Shown here piece by piece: positions 1 through 11,601 of a DNA stretch of 64,000 bases. Source of the DNA: Cyanidioschyzon merolae (Eukaryota); assembly GCA_000091205.1 (NCBI GenBank), contig AP006487.2. One strand, written 5' to 3'. Within the stretch, counting starts at the first letter, position 1, and the number at the start of each line of letters is the position of its first letter. The position numbers and the translations under genes are program-made. Under the pieces are notes generated by a model. That model ran no database searches, had not been told where the DNA came from, and saw only the letters and a program-made list of their open reading frames with translations.

Positions 1-1384
1 GCTGGTCTCGAAGAGGACGAAACGGTACCCGAGGAACAGACGCGGAGCCTTTGTCTTGGGATCGGAGCCAAGGTTTGCCCAGTTGTTCGCGAGCGCTAGG
101 TGCTTCCTCGTGTCGCGCTCGTACAGACAACGATCGACTCGAAAAGCCAAGCTCCCTAGGAGAACACCGATACCTGCACGCCTGCAACCTACGCTGATCG
201 CATGGCAGCTTGTAATAGACAATGAAACCCGGACGCATGCCTACAGGTGCAGCAGTGCTCAAGTCGCTGCCTCGAAGGACGCGTCCCTGCTACCCGGTGA
301 GGCGCCCGACGGGCGGGCAGCGTTGGCGGCGCGCGCGAGACTCGACGATTGCCGCATTTGAGGCGTGGTGTACGTGCGTGCTGCGACGCTCGCTCGCCAC
401 GTTGACGGGTACATCCGGCAACGTCGCGAGCTTCTCCAGGAGGCTCGGTACCCAAAGGTTGGTAGCGTCAGAACCTTGTCCTAGATGGGCAGCCTGGTCT
501 GCAGTTGGCGGACCACAGACGTATTTTGAGGGGAGCAGTGGTACCTCTCCTGGTTGCTAACAGCAAGCGAAGTTGCACGGGGTCCCGGGTGCTCTCTTTC
601 CCCTCTTACACCACACAAACCGCATCCAGTGAGAAAGGTACGAGATGCCAATGTACTATACGTAGAGGCAAGTGCAGCAAGATGGCGGCCTGTTCGCTGG
701 TTGTCGGCAGCAGGCATGCATTTGGAAGATTCTCGCAAGGTTCATCGGCGCTGGACGTAAACAATATGCGCACAGCGGAGCATTCGTGCATAAAGCTCAG
801 GTGCATCCCGACGCATGCGCACAGTACACATAAACGCGTGATGGAGCTTAACCGAGACCGTGGCTCGTCTCCGGAAAGCACCTTTGCTCTCGTCCAGCGC
901 GGATGCGAAGGTACCGATCTCTGTCTCCAAAACGCAAACCTCGCGCTCCATTGGATGTTGTTCTTTTCGGGTTGCCGACCCGTTCTGGCTGACTTGCCTC
1001 TCTTCAGTCGAAGCGGGTACGTTGCTCGTTTGCATTCAACGCTCGATGTGCACTGATGTAATGCGTGGCGGTTGCGTTGAGGTTCAGGCAACGCTGCACA
1101 TCGCCGGAATCTGCCGTGACAAACGTGCATGCGAATAGACAGCATATTTCTGATTTCGAGTAGACGCTGATCGGGGTTTACGTGCGCTGCTTGCTAGGCC
1201 CGCATTTCTCCGCTTTTCGGCACTAGGGTTTTACAGAGTAAAACTGCTACGCTAGCGCGTGCAGGAGCACGCACCACACACCTCAGGTTGCGAGCTCGTC
1301 AATTGTCGAGCTCCAGCGCCCTGCATGGGCGTCCCTGTGCCGTGTGCATCGGCAAGCAATGGACCTGCGTAGCGCCCCGCGCAA

Positions 1385-2431
1385 CTAAGCCCCGTGTTCG
1401 TCCATAGACACGTGTGCATCGATATGGAACAGCCAGCGCGTTTCCGTCGGCTGCATGCATGGCGATCGATGGATGGCGGCGGCGGCGGCACTGGCATCGC
1501 CATCTGCACGGATCCATCCAGTGCCTTTCAAAAGCACAGCATGCCACGGTACAAGTCGCTCAACAGGGGCGTCTGGGAGCGAATCCCGCAGCAACCAACG
1601 ACCAGATGACGGGTCCCAGATGTACTGGGGCACACTGATCGCCAGCGGCGTCGACACCTGCCGCCTAAAAACAACGTGCTGTGCGTGCTCCTCAGCTGTG
1701 CACGCCGACAGTGTCTGTGTTTGCCACCAGGACTTTCGGATGCGATAGGCACCGCCTACGCTTCGTGCTGCTTCGAAACGCTCCCGCCACACGAACGTCT
1801 CCCTTGCAATTTCCGTTCCAGGGCCTTGTAGCGTACAGAGCAGGCGCAGGGGCACAGAATCAACATGAAATCTCGGGCAAGGAGTGGAGTCCAAGAAACT
1901 CAAACGCAGGTCCACCGCACGTAGCGGGGATCTCGCATGTTGCCCAATTCGGTTCACGTTCTGTTCGAAGGCGAGGCAGAAGAGCTCGATCATTTCCAGA
2001 AGCGGTTCATAAAAAGTTTCCATGCCGTTCACCGAAAGCCCCATTTCCAGGAATAGGTGCCGCAACGCTGCTCGTTGCTGGTCGATGTCTGCAACCGGTA
2101 CGTGCTGTGCTGTTAGGACGCCGTTCGCTGGTCTGCGTCGAGTTCTCGCCGCCGCCGCCGCCGCCGTCCAGGCTTCTCGTAGGCGAGCGGCGTCAGAGCC
2201 CGGCTTCCACACGCACGCGAGACAGTTTGGTTGCTGAAGGCTTGAGGAAACCTGTGTTTTCACAGTCGTGTGTGCGATTCCGTGCAAAAGTGAGGGCAGC
2301 TCAGCTACCGACTCGTTACTAGTTGCAGCTGAGCAGTTGAACGGTGACCTATTTCTGGCCCGTTTGCGAACTATACCGTATGCTCGCCCGTGTCTTTGGT
2401 TCAAACAGCTCTGCGTTGCTAGAACAAACAT
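1385..2431 (-). CDS. Hypothetical protein (348-aa ORF, no recognisable domain); could be a GC-driven spurious ORF
   Basis: Longest ORF in the first 4 kb. No motif recognised. Overlapped by other-frame ORFs on the opposite strand, as expected for GC-rich non-coding DNA. Confidence 0.2.
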   Translation of the reverse strand: MFVLATQSCLNQRHGRAYGIVRKRARNRSPFNCSAATSNESVAELPSLLHGIAHTTVKTQVSSSLQQPNCLACVWKPGSDAARLREAWTAAAAAARTRRRPANGVLTAQHVPVADIDQQRAALRHLFLEMGLSVNGMETFYEPLLEMIELFCLAFEQNVNRIGQHARSPLRAVDLRLSFLDSTPCPRFHVDSVPLRLLCTLQGPGTEIARETFVWRERFEAARSVGGAYRIRKSWWQTQTLSACTAEEHAQHVVFRRQVSTPLAISVPQYIWDPSSGRWLLRDSLPDAPVERLVPWHAVLLKGTGWIRADGDASAAAAAIHRSPCMQPTETRWLFHIDAHVSMDEHGA

Positions 2432-3001
2432 AAGTCAACCTTTAACTTGCAACTGGAGTGGTTCCACAACACTGATTCAGCGCCGCTCGAGTTAACAGCT
2501 CGCGACAGTCGCTTGTCGTTGCGGCAACGTGCACTACGAACACGAGTGCTCGTCCTCACAGAGCGTCGTGAAATGGAATCGTTGCGATCCGCGCGGTACA
2601 GGCGTTGATCGCGCAGGATCGATGCGTCGAATCGAGCGGTACCTCCCGTGTCCGATACACATGGAATGCGGAACAGCTGGCTCTCTGTCGTGCGAATTCT
2701 CCCGGACTTCTTTTTTAGCTATAAAGCGTGGACACTCGGATTGCATTTATATTGGGTTACAGATTCATATTTGGTTTTGGGGCTCTTGGTCGGAGTGGGA
2801 GAGTGGTGTCTCTGCCGCCGGTGATCGTTGTGACACAGGAATCTGGATCATACGGGACACATCCTAACAAGGACTAGTGCAATAACCGATATCATTGGTC
2901 AAAGCACAGCTACATACTTACACTCATCTCTTTAAGAGCACGTGTAGTGTCATGGAATCAGGCATGCATCAATTCGCGATCTTTCTGTTTCAAGGAAACT
3001 C

Positions 3002-3685
3002 GTGAATCTCGCACACCGCGCCACTCGATGGAACAGGGAAACAGCTCGGGTTCGTCGCTTGACGACTTGTTCACGAGCTCATGCTGAAAGACCACTGAGA
3101 CCATCACATAACAAAACCGATTTCGTTCGAAAGCCGAATCCTGTTCTCTTTATTGCCATCGATGGCACTGCATTCGAGTGCAGCATGAAACCTGTAATGG
3201 GATATGCTCCCAGAGGTTCACGTCGCGCATCTGCCATGGAAAATGTTCTTGGATTCGGACTTGAGGCAGGGCAGGAATCCATTCCGGTGGAGAGTGTGTC
3301 ACTGCTTTGCATGAAGGGCGTGTATACGAATCGATATTTTCTCGACTAGTTCTGTAGCTTTGGCTCTCGTCTATATACCTGTTTCATCACGAACATCATC
3401 GCGTTCCACGAATCGTCATGTGCTCCCAAACCAGTAAAGAGCAGGGTGCTGATAGTCCTGCGCGCCCCAACATATTCCCCATGGTTGAACCCGAATCAGT
3501 ACGTGTTCGAGGCCGTGAAGAGCGACTTCACAGAGGCGAACACACATTTCGGTTACTCGGATCGTCCTCGACAAGAACTACTGCACGTCGCTTTTGGTGC
3601 TGCGACTGAGGCCGACGGCATTGGCAGCATTTGTCGACCGAGAATCGTTGAGGTTTGCGGATCTCGACTTGCCGAACATGCATAG
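3002..3685 (+). mobile_element. Degenerate Tc1/mariner-superfamily DDE transposase relic (copy a), frameshifted across three frames
   Basis: Frame 1 (3002-3349) 'LFIAIDGTAFECSMKPVMGYAPRGSRRAS' resembles Tc1 'IVWSDESKFNLFGSDGNSWVRRPVGSRYS' (first D region). A third frame (~3361-3440) 'CFITNIIAFHESS' resembles 'FVFQQDNDPKHTS' (second D). Frame 2 (3446-3685) 'LRAPTYSPWLNPNQYVFEAVK' resembles '[21 protein letters not shown]' (third motif, E replaced by Q). Nucleotide homology to copies at ~22.9 kb and ~62.2 kb extends upstream to ~2930. Confidence 0.55.
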
Positions 3686-4676
3686 AGAAAAGGGTGGCAT
3701 ATAGCATAAAGCATGCATACGTGCGGCTTGTTTATCACCGGGCGTACACAGCGAATGCAAACGAGCTGTGCCAGGGAAATTACAGAATAAGAGGAACAAC
3801 ATTATCTCCGAGCGTTCCGAAAAGAGGTGCGTGTCGCACTTGGAGAACGTCGCCCTACTCGGACGAAACGCCTGTTCGCACGACGCTAATCGATTGAGCA
3901 TCAGGTCGGAGACGAAGTATATTCTCGGACAACACGGAGTTTACGACGACCAGGGACGCTCACCGCTCCGCCGATTGCACGATGAATATCGGCATCGGAG
4001 AAGGCGGCCATCATTCCAGGTTCCGCCGATCACGTGCTGTATTTACCCGTCGGAGACACTGACCAATACGCATGTTCCGCTGTGCACCGAGCAATCGGTG
4101 AACGTCCTCCGTTGGGTCTCTAGCACCGGTTCGTAAGCACCACGAATATCGCACAGCTTCGTAACATACCTGGGCGTGGGCGCCATGTCAGGAGAACGAA
4201 AAACGCTTCAGGACTATCGAGTGCATCTATGCGCACACGCACACGCACCCACAGAGGCCTCCCCGGCTGTTTTTTGACCGACTGGCTGCTATCGTTCCAG
4301 TTTATCCAGGCACGCCTCAAGTATGAGAGGCTGCCCCATAAAAAATATCCCGTCAGCTGGTCGATTGTTGTTTTCAGCAGCGCACACCGTCTGATCTGGA
4401 TGGCGGCGTTGAACTCTCGGTTCGGGAACTCCTTGCATGCAGTGATGCTGGTGAAACTCATCAATGTAAGGATTCCTCGAACTCGTACACTCAGCGTCAT
4501 GAAAGTCTCGTCATCATCATCCTCTTCATCTTCTTCTTCATAGCACTTGCTCGTCTTCGCTCGATAATCGGAGAGAGGAGAATTTTCCGTTTTTCCCCGA
4601 CATCCGGCTGTGACTACGCTTCGAGTTCCCCGAATTCCATGTCCACACCTTTCCCCTGAATGTTTTATCTCTTCAA

Positions 4677-5855
4677 ATGAACGTACTTCAAACACATCTG
4701 CTACAAACCGTGAAAGCACATTTGATAACACGCTCACGTAAGTGGAACACTATTGAGGTAAACGAGGACGACACCGACTCCGGGTGGCGGCAACTTGATG
4801 CGTCGTGCAACCGGACGCACGCCCGGCATGGCGCCAAAACCTACAAACGCCACTGCCTATCTGGTGCGGCGCCTAGGCTTGTTGCCATGGTGGAGTCAGC
4901 GCCCCTGGGGCTGCTTGAGTCTACCGAGGAACTTGAAAACCGTCTGCTACAATCATATGTGTCCCTGATCAAAAATCTCACGCAGCAAAACGCTTCCTCC
5001 AATCCGGAGGACGCTCACGGCGGCAGTGAGAACCCCGCAGGGGCAGCTGCGGCACCAGGTGCGACAGCCGCCGCAGAAGCAGCGGTTGCCCGGCACGAAC
5101 ACCCTGGCGGCAACGAAACTGCAAAGGCAGATGCGCTAACAGATTCTGTCTTTTCGGACCTATGCTACGTACCAGAGGACTTTATGGTGCCGCCACACTG
5201 CATACCCGTGCGAGCTGACGTCCGGTTTGCTGACTGGGACCAGATCGCAGCAGCAGCAAACGGAAACTACGACGTTATTCTGATGGACCCTCCGTGGCAG
5301 CTCGCCACCGCAAACCCAACTAGAGGTGTGGCGCTCGGCTATAACCAACTGAGCGACGAGTCGATCCTGGCTATTCCCTTGGAAAAACTGCAGCGTTGCG
5401 GACTCCTCTTGATATGGGTAATCAACGCCAAGTACCGAGTGGCTTTACAGATGTTCGAACGCTGGGGCTATCGGCTCGTCGACGAAATCGTATGGGTGAA
5501 GCTGACGGTGAATCGGCGCTTGGCGAAAAATCACGGCTTTTATCTACAGCACGCGAAAGAGACGTGCCTGGTCGGTGTGAAAGGGAACGACCTTTCCGCA
5601 TTGAGCACTGCACCGGGCATGCCCCGACCAGATGTGATTCTCAGCGAACGTCGCGGACAGAGCCAGAAACCAGATGAGCTCTATGAATGGATCGAGGCGC
5701 TCGTGCCGAACGGCAAGTACATCGAGATATTCGCCCGGAAGAATAACCTGCGCAACTTTTGGGTCAGCATTGGGAATGAGGTCACTGGCGAGAGTTTCGA
5801 ACAGGCGCTACCGCCTGAACTTTGCAAGCAGCTGCGAGAAGAACTCTCGACGTAA
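4677..5855 (+). CDS. MT-A70 family N6-adenine methyltransferase (METTL4/MTA1-like; DPPW catalytic motif)
   Basis: 'VILMDPPWQL' catalytic motif and C-terminal 'QSQKPDELYEWIEALVPNGKYIEIFARKNNLRNFWVSIGNEV' typical of MT-A70. Ala-rich low-complexity N-terminus. No METTL3-type CCCH zinc fingers. Alternative start at Met71 (nt 4887). Stop TAA at 5853-5855. Confidence 0.8.
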   Translation: MNVLQTHLLQTVKAHLITRSRKWNTIEVNEDDTDSGWRQLDASCNRTHARHGAKTYKRHCLSGAAPRLVAMVESAPLGLLESTEELENRLLQSYVSLIKNLTQQNASSNPEDAHGGSENPAGAAAAPGATAAAEAAVARHEHPGGNETAKADALTDSVFSDLCYVPEDFMVPPHCIPVRADVRFADWDQIAAAANGNYDVILMDPPWQLATANPTRGVALGYNQLSDESILAIPLEKLQRCGLLLIWVINAKYRVALQMFERWGYRLVDEIVWVKLTVNRRLAKNHGFYLQHAKETCLVGVKGNDLSALSTAPGMPRPDVILSERRGQSQKPDELYEWIEALVPNGKYIEIFARKNNLRNFWVSIGNEVTGESFEQALPPELCKQLREELST

Positions 5856-6137
5856 AGTCGGTACGCACTCCAGCTTGGAGCCATTCACGGGCTCGCAGCG
5901 GTGATTGCTGGCTTTAAGCGTCGGTCGACGCTGTTCCCCGGTGAACAGGTCGTCGCGCGCACTCGCGCGGCCATATGCATTGCGTTCAGGGTAGGCTGCG
6001 TAACCACAGCACCGATGCAGCGATCCAGGCAGAATCCGGAGATCGACAACAGCGCCTTCAGCAATGCATTGCGCCAGGGCGCGTTGCGCATCGATCCAAT
6101 AGACGCCGTGGGCATGCGCGTCCGTGCATGCATACAC

Positions 6138-6336
6138 GTACTGTACTGTACTGTGCTATACTGTACTGTACTGTACTGTGCTATACTGTACTGTACTGTA
6201 CTGTGCTATACTGTACTGTACTGTACTGTGCTATACTGTACTGTACTGTACTGTGCTATACTGTACTGTACTGTGCTATACTGTACTGTGCTATACTGTA
6301 CTGTGCTATACTGTACTGTACTGTACTGTACTGTAC
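6138..6336. repeat. Pentanucleotide microsatellite (ACTGT)n with periodic GCTAT variant units, ~200 bp
   Basis: Direct reading: 'tactgtactgtactgtgctatactg...' repeated. It generates three overlapping artefactual ORFs (5901-6503, 5975-6565, 6124-6495) translating to 'TVLYCTVLYCAILYC'. Confidence 0.9.
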
Positions 6337-6467
6337 ATCCCAGACTCATGCCCCCGAAGCTCAAACCTTACTATATCCGATCGGGCACCTGCCTGGTCTG
6401 CGCAAAAGCGGTACGCATCAGGTGCGGCTCCTGCAACCTCTTTTTTCGTTGGACACGGCCTGCCGCA

Positions 6468-6487
6468 CGCTGCTGCTGCTGCTGCTG
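6468..6487. repeat. (GCT/CTG)n trinucleotide microsatellite
   Basis: 'gctgctgctgctgctgctgc' read directly. Confidence 0.8.
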
Positions 6488-6834
6488 CCGCCTGACGTCC
6501 TGAGTGATCCGCGGCAGCGCGCCGGCTCACGACGTCGACGCACTGACCATTCCGATCCCAACTGATCCCAAAGGAAAGTATCTCGGGACGCTGTACGGCA
6601 TATGATCGCCATATCAAGGACCGGATGGGTGCATCGCTTGATAACAGTACCCATCTGTCGTCGTTGCGGATAGAATCGGCATCTGGGGCTGCTTTGTAAG
6701 CGGAACCGCGACACGGATCACGGTACGCGCGCTGTGCGCGAACATTCTCTGCTAGAGCATTCGCGTGATTTCCTCCCAGATCAGGCAGCGAGAAGCGGTA
6801 GCTCCCTGCTGAAGCCGCAAGTCCACTTTCTTGT

Positions 6835-9213
6835 CTATTCGAAGAGCGCGGGCTCTGTCCAGGTCATCGATTTCGCGCTTGTGCTCTCGATGTCAAGCAA
6901 TTCCCAGTCACATACGGGTTCAGGATCTGGCGAGGGATGATGGCGGTCATGTCGTGAGCGCGGGCGCAGGCGCAGCATTCTGGTGTGATACTGGAGCAAT
7001 GAGGGTCGGTGCCCCACCGAGACGACAGCTGCACCGAGTTGTCGGATTGCTGCGTACACCCGCGCCTCGGAGGCGATATCAAGCGCCGATGTGAACTCGT
7101 CACCAATCACTAAATCCGCACCATTAAGCAAGAGTCTGGCGACGCCCAAGCGTTGCTGCTCCCCCAACGAGAGAACCTCTGACCAGTTTCGCACGGCGCG
7201 AAGACCCTCGGGAAAGCGCTGCGCCAGTTCACTGAGACCCACGGCTTCGAGCACCTGCCAGAGGCGCTCTGCGAGCGGGCTCGTTCGGGAGTCACGTGCG
7301 AGTTCCGTTCCAGCGCTGGAACGTCCATTGAACGTAACCGTTTTCAGCGCGATAGAACGCAGCTCGTCTTGTTGCGCGACGGGCGGTGTCTGTGGATAAT
7401 ACAGGTTCTCGAGTAGTGAACCTAGCGTGCAGTACGGCTTCTGCGGCAGGAAGAAGGTCGATTCGCGGGCCGAGCGTCGCACTTGGCCTTGGCCTCGTCG
7501 CCAGAGACCGGCGATAGCGCGAAGCAGAGACGACTTGCCAACCCCCGATGGTCCCGTCACCAGGAGGCGCTCCCCGCGGCGAAGCTGAAACGACAGGTCG
7601 GCAAACAGGACCCGTTCGGTGAACAGCGACGTGCCCTCTTTGGCTGTATCGACGGCGCTGCGGTCGCGCGGTACACACAGGGTCAGTTTGTCGACCTGCA
7701 ACGGATACGGATCCGTCGCGCTCACAAAGTTCATCCGAATCCAGCGTTCAGCATTCTCTGGCTTATTCAAAGAGACGGCAGCGTCCAGCATTTCCGCAAA
7801 CTCACCGAGTCGATCGACACCGGCACTGAAAGCAGTCAGTGCCTCAAAGCGGGTTACAAATAGGGATAAGTCGCTCAAAATATGATTGAAAGCAGAGTAG
7901 GACTGGTTAATGACTCCAAGTTCGATCCTGCCGGCAAAATAAAGAGGTGCAACCACAAAACCCGGCAGGACCTGGATCAAATATCGGTAGCCTGTCGTGA
8001 AAAGCTCCAGATTTCTCTGCCAGACGATCAGTTTTGCCTGATTATCTACCGCTCGTTTGAGAAGCTCTTCACTCTCGTTGCGCTCTCGCTCCTCTCCACG
8101 ATAAAAGGCAATAGACTCGGCATTCTCCCGCACCCGAACGAGTGCATAACGAAAGTCAGCCTCGCGCTGAAGTTGCTGAAAGTTCAACTGCACAAGACGG
8201 CGCCCGATCGCAGCCGTTGCAAAAGTACCAAAGCCACTGTACACTATGAGCACTCCGAACAACTGCGGGTAAATGCTGAATAGTATGCTACTGAACGAAG
8301 CCAAATCCAGAATAGAGGTCAGCACTGTAAGGCCAAACGACAATGACGTGGCCGTAAAGGCATTCACATCTTCAGCGAGTCGCTGGTCCGGGTTATCGAC
8401 TTCAACCTGGGGCCTCTCCGGTGCTGCCGCGTGTCCATCCATTTCCTGGTTCTCCAGAAGCAGGCTCTGTTGGGCTTGAATCAGGTAATATGCACTGTTG
8501 GAAAAGTATCGTTCCAGGAGGAAGCGCGTCAGCCAGGCCCGCCAGCGCAGCGCCAGACGGTCGCGGGCGTAGCTGTACCACACAACGACCGGCACGCCGA
8601 CGAGCATCGCACCCAGGAAGAGCAGCATTTCTTGGGTGAACTGCTCGGGGTTACGATTGCTGAGCGCCGTCCAAAAATCACGACCAATAAAGGAAAACGC
8701 CACGGATACACCGGACTGGAGTAGCGTCAGCGCAAACACGGCCGCTAAGTCTGTTTTCGCCGTACGAGACTCGCGCCAGTATGGAGTAGCAAGCTTTCGA
8801 AACAGACCCCAGATTCGTCTCAGTTGTGTACGGCGCTTTGCTGCCGTGTCGTTCTCGCGTCCGTCGCCGTCATCCGCGCCTTGCGGCAAGCTCCTACCGC
8901 CGGCAGACTGCCCAGTGAGCTCCTCTTCAAAGGTGCCGAACCCAGAGAAAAGATTTCGCTGGAGAAAGCGTCTCAACTCTTGCTCAAGCGTACTCGAAGT
9001 TTGTCGCTCAGCGGGCCGTTCATCAGGCGGCGGTGGTTGAGCGTTACGTGCACCCGTGTCCCTGCAGAATACTCTCAGCGCTCGGGTGATGTTGCGTTTT
9101 GAAACTCGGTGGTTCATGGGTGCTCGGTGTCGGTACCCGTTCGACGCTACGCCCGGCACGAAAGCAAAGGGAACCTGTCGCCTATTCATTACCGATATTT
9201 TCCAACAAACCAC
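6835..9213 (-). CDS. ABC transporter, subfamily D (peroxisomal/ALDP-type half transporter, TMD-NBD)
   Basis: N-terminal TM region followed by the ABCD-type loop '[14 protein letters not shown]'. Walker A '[21 protein letters not shown]', ABC signature '[15 protein letters not shown]', Walker B '[12 protein letters not shown]'. Alternative start at Met33 (nt 9117). Confidence 0.8.
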   Translation of the reverse strand: MVCWKISVMNRRQVPFAFVPGVASNGYRHRAPMNHRVSKRNITRALRVFCRDTGARNAQPPPPDERPAERQTSSTLEQELRRFLQRNLFSGFGTFEEELTGQSAGGRSLPQGADDGDGRENDTAAKRRTQLRRIWGLFRKLATPYWRESRTAKTDLAAVFALTLLQSGVSVAFSFIGRDFWTALSNRNPEQFTQEMLLFLGAMLVGVPVVVWYSYARDRLALRWRAWLTRFLLERYFSNSAYYLIQAQQSLLLENQEMDGHAAAPERPQVEVDNPDQRLAEDVNAFTATSLSFGLTVLTSILDLASFSSILFSIYPQLFGVLIVYSGFGTFATAAIGRRLVQLNFQQLQREADFRYALVRVRENAESIAFYRGEERERNESEELLKRAVDNQAKLIVWQRNLELFTTGYRYLIQVLPGFVVAPLYFAGRIELGVINQSYSAFNHILSDLSLFVTRFEALTAFSAGVDRLGEFAEMLDAAVSLNKPENAERWIRMNFVSATDPYPLQVDKLTLCVPRDRSAVDTAKEGTSLFTERVLFADLSFQLRRGERLLVTGPSGVGKSSLLRAIAGLWRRGQGQVRRSARESTFFLPQKPYCTLGSLLENLYYPQTPPVAQQDELRSIALKTVTFNGRSSAGTELARDSRTSPLAERLWQVLEAVGLSELAQRFPEGLRAVRNWSEVLSLGEQQRLGVARLLLNGADLVIGDEFTSALDIASEARVYAAIRQLGAAVVSVGHRPSLLQYHTRMLRLRPRSRHDRHHPSPDPEPVCDWELLDIESTSAKSMTWTEPALFE

Positions 9214-9625
9214 AACGCGTGACTCTTAAGTTCAGTCGGAGGCGCGCCCTGTGGGTTTCTCCAACGCCCTGCTCCGCCGGACACCGAGGAACGCGTCCGT
9301 CGCCTGCAAAGTCCACGCAGCGTTTCACCTGACTCGGGGTGTCGCTTTTGAGGCGACGCGGTTACGAGCGCTACGTGTTCCTGGAGTGCACTGCGTCCCA
9401 GTCCAGTTCAGGTTTAATACTGAACGTGCTTCGGTTTGCCGGCAAGGTTATTCGCGCGTCAACAGCAGTTTGCGCGGTTGTTGCTGGGTGAAGGCGCACG
9501 ACGATACGGCTCGTGCGCTTGGCTCGACATGCTTCGCGCCGGTGTCCGCTTCTGTGCAATGAGGGTACCTGCCCCCCATTCCCCCATTTGCCTCCCGCAA
9601 ACATCACCGCTCTCTCCAGGTCTCG

Positions 9626-10360
9626 TTGAGCGGGCGACAGCTTGTGTCGACACTGCCGGAGAACGCTCACGAAATGAGCACATCGTCACTGAAGAAGAGT
9701 GCTGTACGTGGTTTTAAAGGCGTTCTTGGGCAGGGGTGTCATTTGGCACTTCGCGGCTGTCCGGGCGTGCGCCTGCAGCGAAGGTGCGCGTTCTCGTACC
9801 CGTCACCACGAGAACTCAACCAAGTTGTGCACTTGGCCAAGTTCGTGCGAGAGACGCCTGCTAACTGTGTCAGTTTATGGAGTTTGCACCACAGTACGAA
9901 ACCTACGATGCTCGGTTGCGCCTTATCTGCGACTGAATACGTAGCATTCGCACAGCGAGCAAGCAAGTATCCGTGGTTCGTATTCCCACTGCTTCGCGCT
10001 GCTGACGGCAACTCGTACGTATCCATGCTTTGCCAGGTTCAGGACTCGCGATATGTGCTCTTCACCTACCTGCAGGAGTATCGAGAGCATGCTGCAACAG
10101 CACAGCCACGGGTTGTATTCACCGTTTATCCAGAACTTGTAGCCGAGAAACAGTTGGCACTTGTGCGCCTTGAAAACCTCCATGAAGGCCAGCTAGAAAA
10201 AGCGGATCTCTGGCGACTCTGGTGCCAGTGGCGGCATTTGTATGCGGCGGCGGACACTGCTGGTCTGCAGCTCCTGGCGGACTTCAATGAGCGACCACGA
10301 GTGTTCCGCTTCGAAAAGGCTCTGGAAGTGGCTTGTAAGTTGTACGCCGAGCGCGAGTGA
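9626..10360 (+). CDS. Hypothetical protein (244 aa), no recognised domain
   Basis: ORF of reasonable length sitting between two minus-strand genes. Amino-acid composition is protein-like, but I could assign no motif. Confidence 0.3.
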   Translation: MSGRQLVSTLPENAHEMSTSSLKKSAVRGFKGVLGQGCHLALRGCPGVRLQRRCAFSYPSPRELNQVVHLAKFVRETPANCVSLWSLHHSTKPTMLGCALSATEYVAFAQRASKYPWFVFPLLRAADGNSYVSMLCQVQDSRYVLFTYLQEYREHAATAQPRVVFTVYPELVAEKQLALVRLENLHEGQLEKADLWRLWCQWRHLYAAADTAGLQLLADFNERPRVFRFEKALEVACKLYAERE

Positions 10361-10575
10361 GGTTTCATGCCAAACACGTCTCGAAGCGATCAGAAATAAG
10401 CCCGAAGCAGCGTCTGCAACACATGCACAGGCCGCCGACTTGAACGGCGTACAGTCCAGAAACGATGACACGCGCTGGACAGCGGCGGCAGTTAGATGCT
10501 CGAAGGACACGTGTCCTTGCGCGACAACGCCAATCATGCGGCCTGCCACTATCGCAACGATCCCCAACGATTCGA

Positions 10576-11601
10576 TCAGAGAGTGACGGAGCTTTGTGGT
10601 AACCACATCTGCGGTGGTACTGCTCCGTAGACCCGGTCCATATTTTCAAAATACGGATGCATCAGCGCCTGACGGGCTGTGATGCGCTTGCTAGGATCAT
10701 AAACCAGGAGACGGCTCAGCAGATCGAGCGCATCCTCGGTCCAGGCGCCGCCAAGTGCCAGTACGCTTTCCCGGATCAGACGAACAGGCCATCGGGGGAA
10801 CGCACTCATGTAGTCCGGCAACTGGCTGACTCCGGGCCAAACTTCCTCACTAGGGGTCCCCAGTGCACGAAAGATTTTGAAAAGCTGGTCTATTTCGGAG
10901 TCCCCCGGGAAAAGCGCCTTCCTGCACATCATCTCCGCAAAGATGCAACCAACCGACCACATGTCTACCGGGGCAGCGTAATTGCGACATCCCAGCAATA
11001 TCTCCGGTGCGCGATACCATAGCGTGATCACTTCCGAGGTCATGTGACGCACTGGAATACCAAACGCTCGGGCGAGGCCAAAGTCCGCAAGCTTCAGGCG
11101 ACCTGCCGCATCGATGAGTAGATTCTGCGGCTTCAGGTCGCGATGGAGAATACGCCGGGCGTGCAAGTACGCAACACCGTTGATCAGCTGGTACAGGAAT
11201 GACTTGGCCTGCTCGGGCCTCATTAGGGTATTCGGCGGTAGTGTATCCATGTAACGTTTCAGATCTTGATCCAGGTGTTCAAAGACGAGGTACAGCTTTG
11301 CGTCACCATGTACAACGTCAAGTAGGCGCACCACGTTCGGTTGGTTGAGTTCCCTCAGGATGGCAATCTCACGTAAAGCCGTACTCGGAACACCCTCTTC
11401 CTCCTGCTCTAGACGAATTTTCTTCAAGGCAACGAGCTGCCCCGTTTGTCGGTCGCGTGCGCGGTATACGACACCATAGGTGCCTTCACCGATGCGCTCC
11501 AGGCGCTGATACCGCAGCGCGATGGCTGCCATGTCCTCGTCATCAGGCATATGACGCATGGTTCCCTGAAAATCCGCAGATTCGCTATCGTGCCCTGGCA
11601 C
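10576..11601 (-). CDS. Cyclin-dependent kinase (CDC2/CDK family) with 'PSTALRE' variant of the PSTAIRE helix
   Basis: '[12 protein letters not shown]' glycine loop, '[27 protein letters not shown]', '[11 protein letters not shown]', '[11 protein letters not shown]', '[10 protein letters not shown]', C-terminal '[20 protein letters not shown]'. About 30-aa N-terminal extension. Confidence 0.9.
   Translation of the reverse strand: MPGHDSESADFQGTMRHMPDDEDMAAIALRYQRLERIGEGTYGVVYRARDRQTGQLVALKKIRLEQEEEGVPSTALREIAILRELNQPNVVRLLDVVHGDAKLYLVFEHLDQDLKRYMDTLPPNTLMRPEQAKSFLYQLINGVAYLHARRILHRDLKPQNLLIDAAGRLKLADFGLARAFGIPVRHMTSEVITLWYRAPEILLGCRNYAAPVDMWSVGCIFAEMMCRKALFPGDSEIDQLFKIFRALGTPSEEVWPGVSQLPDYMSAFPRWPVRLIRESVLALGGAWTEDALDLLSRLLVYDPSKRITARQALMHPYFENMDRVYGAVPPQMWLPQSSVTL

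Noticed and set aside
4120-4737. 205-aa minus-strand ORF with an acidic 'EEEDEEDDDDE' stretch upstream of the MT-A70 gene
   Set aside because: No recognisable domain. The acidic run is encoded by a (TCA/TCT)n-like simple repeat. The C-terminal third reads like noise. It overlaps the 5' end of the MT-A70 ORF. It might still be a small real gene.
5901-6565. Three overlapping ~200-aa ORFs rich in 'TVLYC'
   Set aside because: They are translations of the (ACTGT)n microsatellite in three frames.
7091-7399. 102-aa ORF antisense to the ABCD transporter gene
   Set aside because: It lies wholly inside a confidently identified gene on the other strand. This is a typical GC-rich antisense open frame with no motif.
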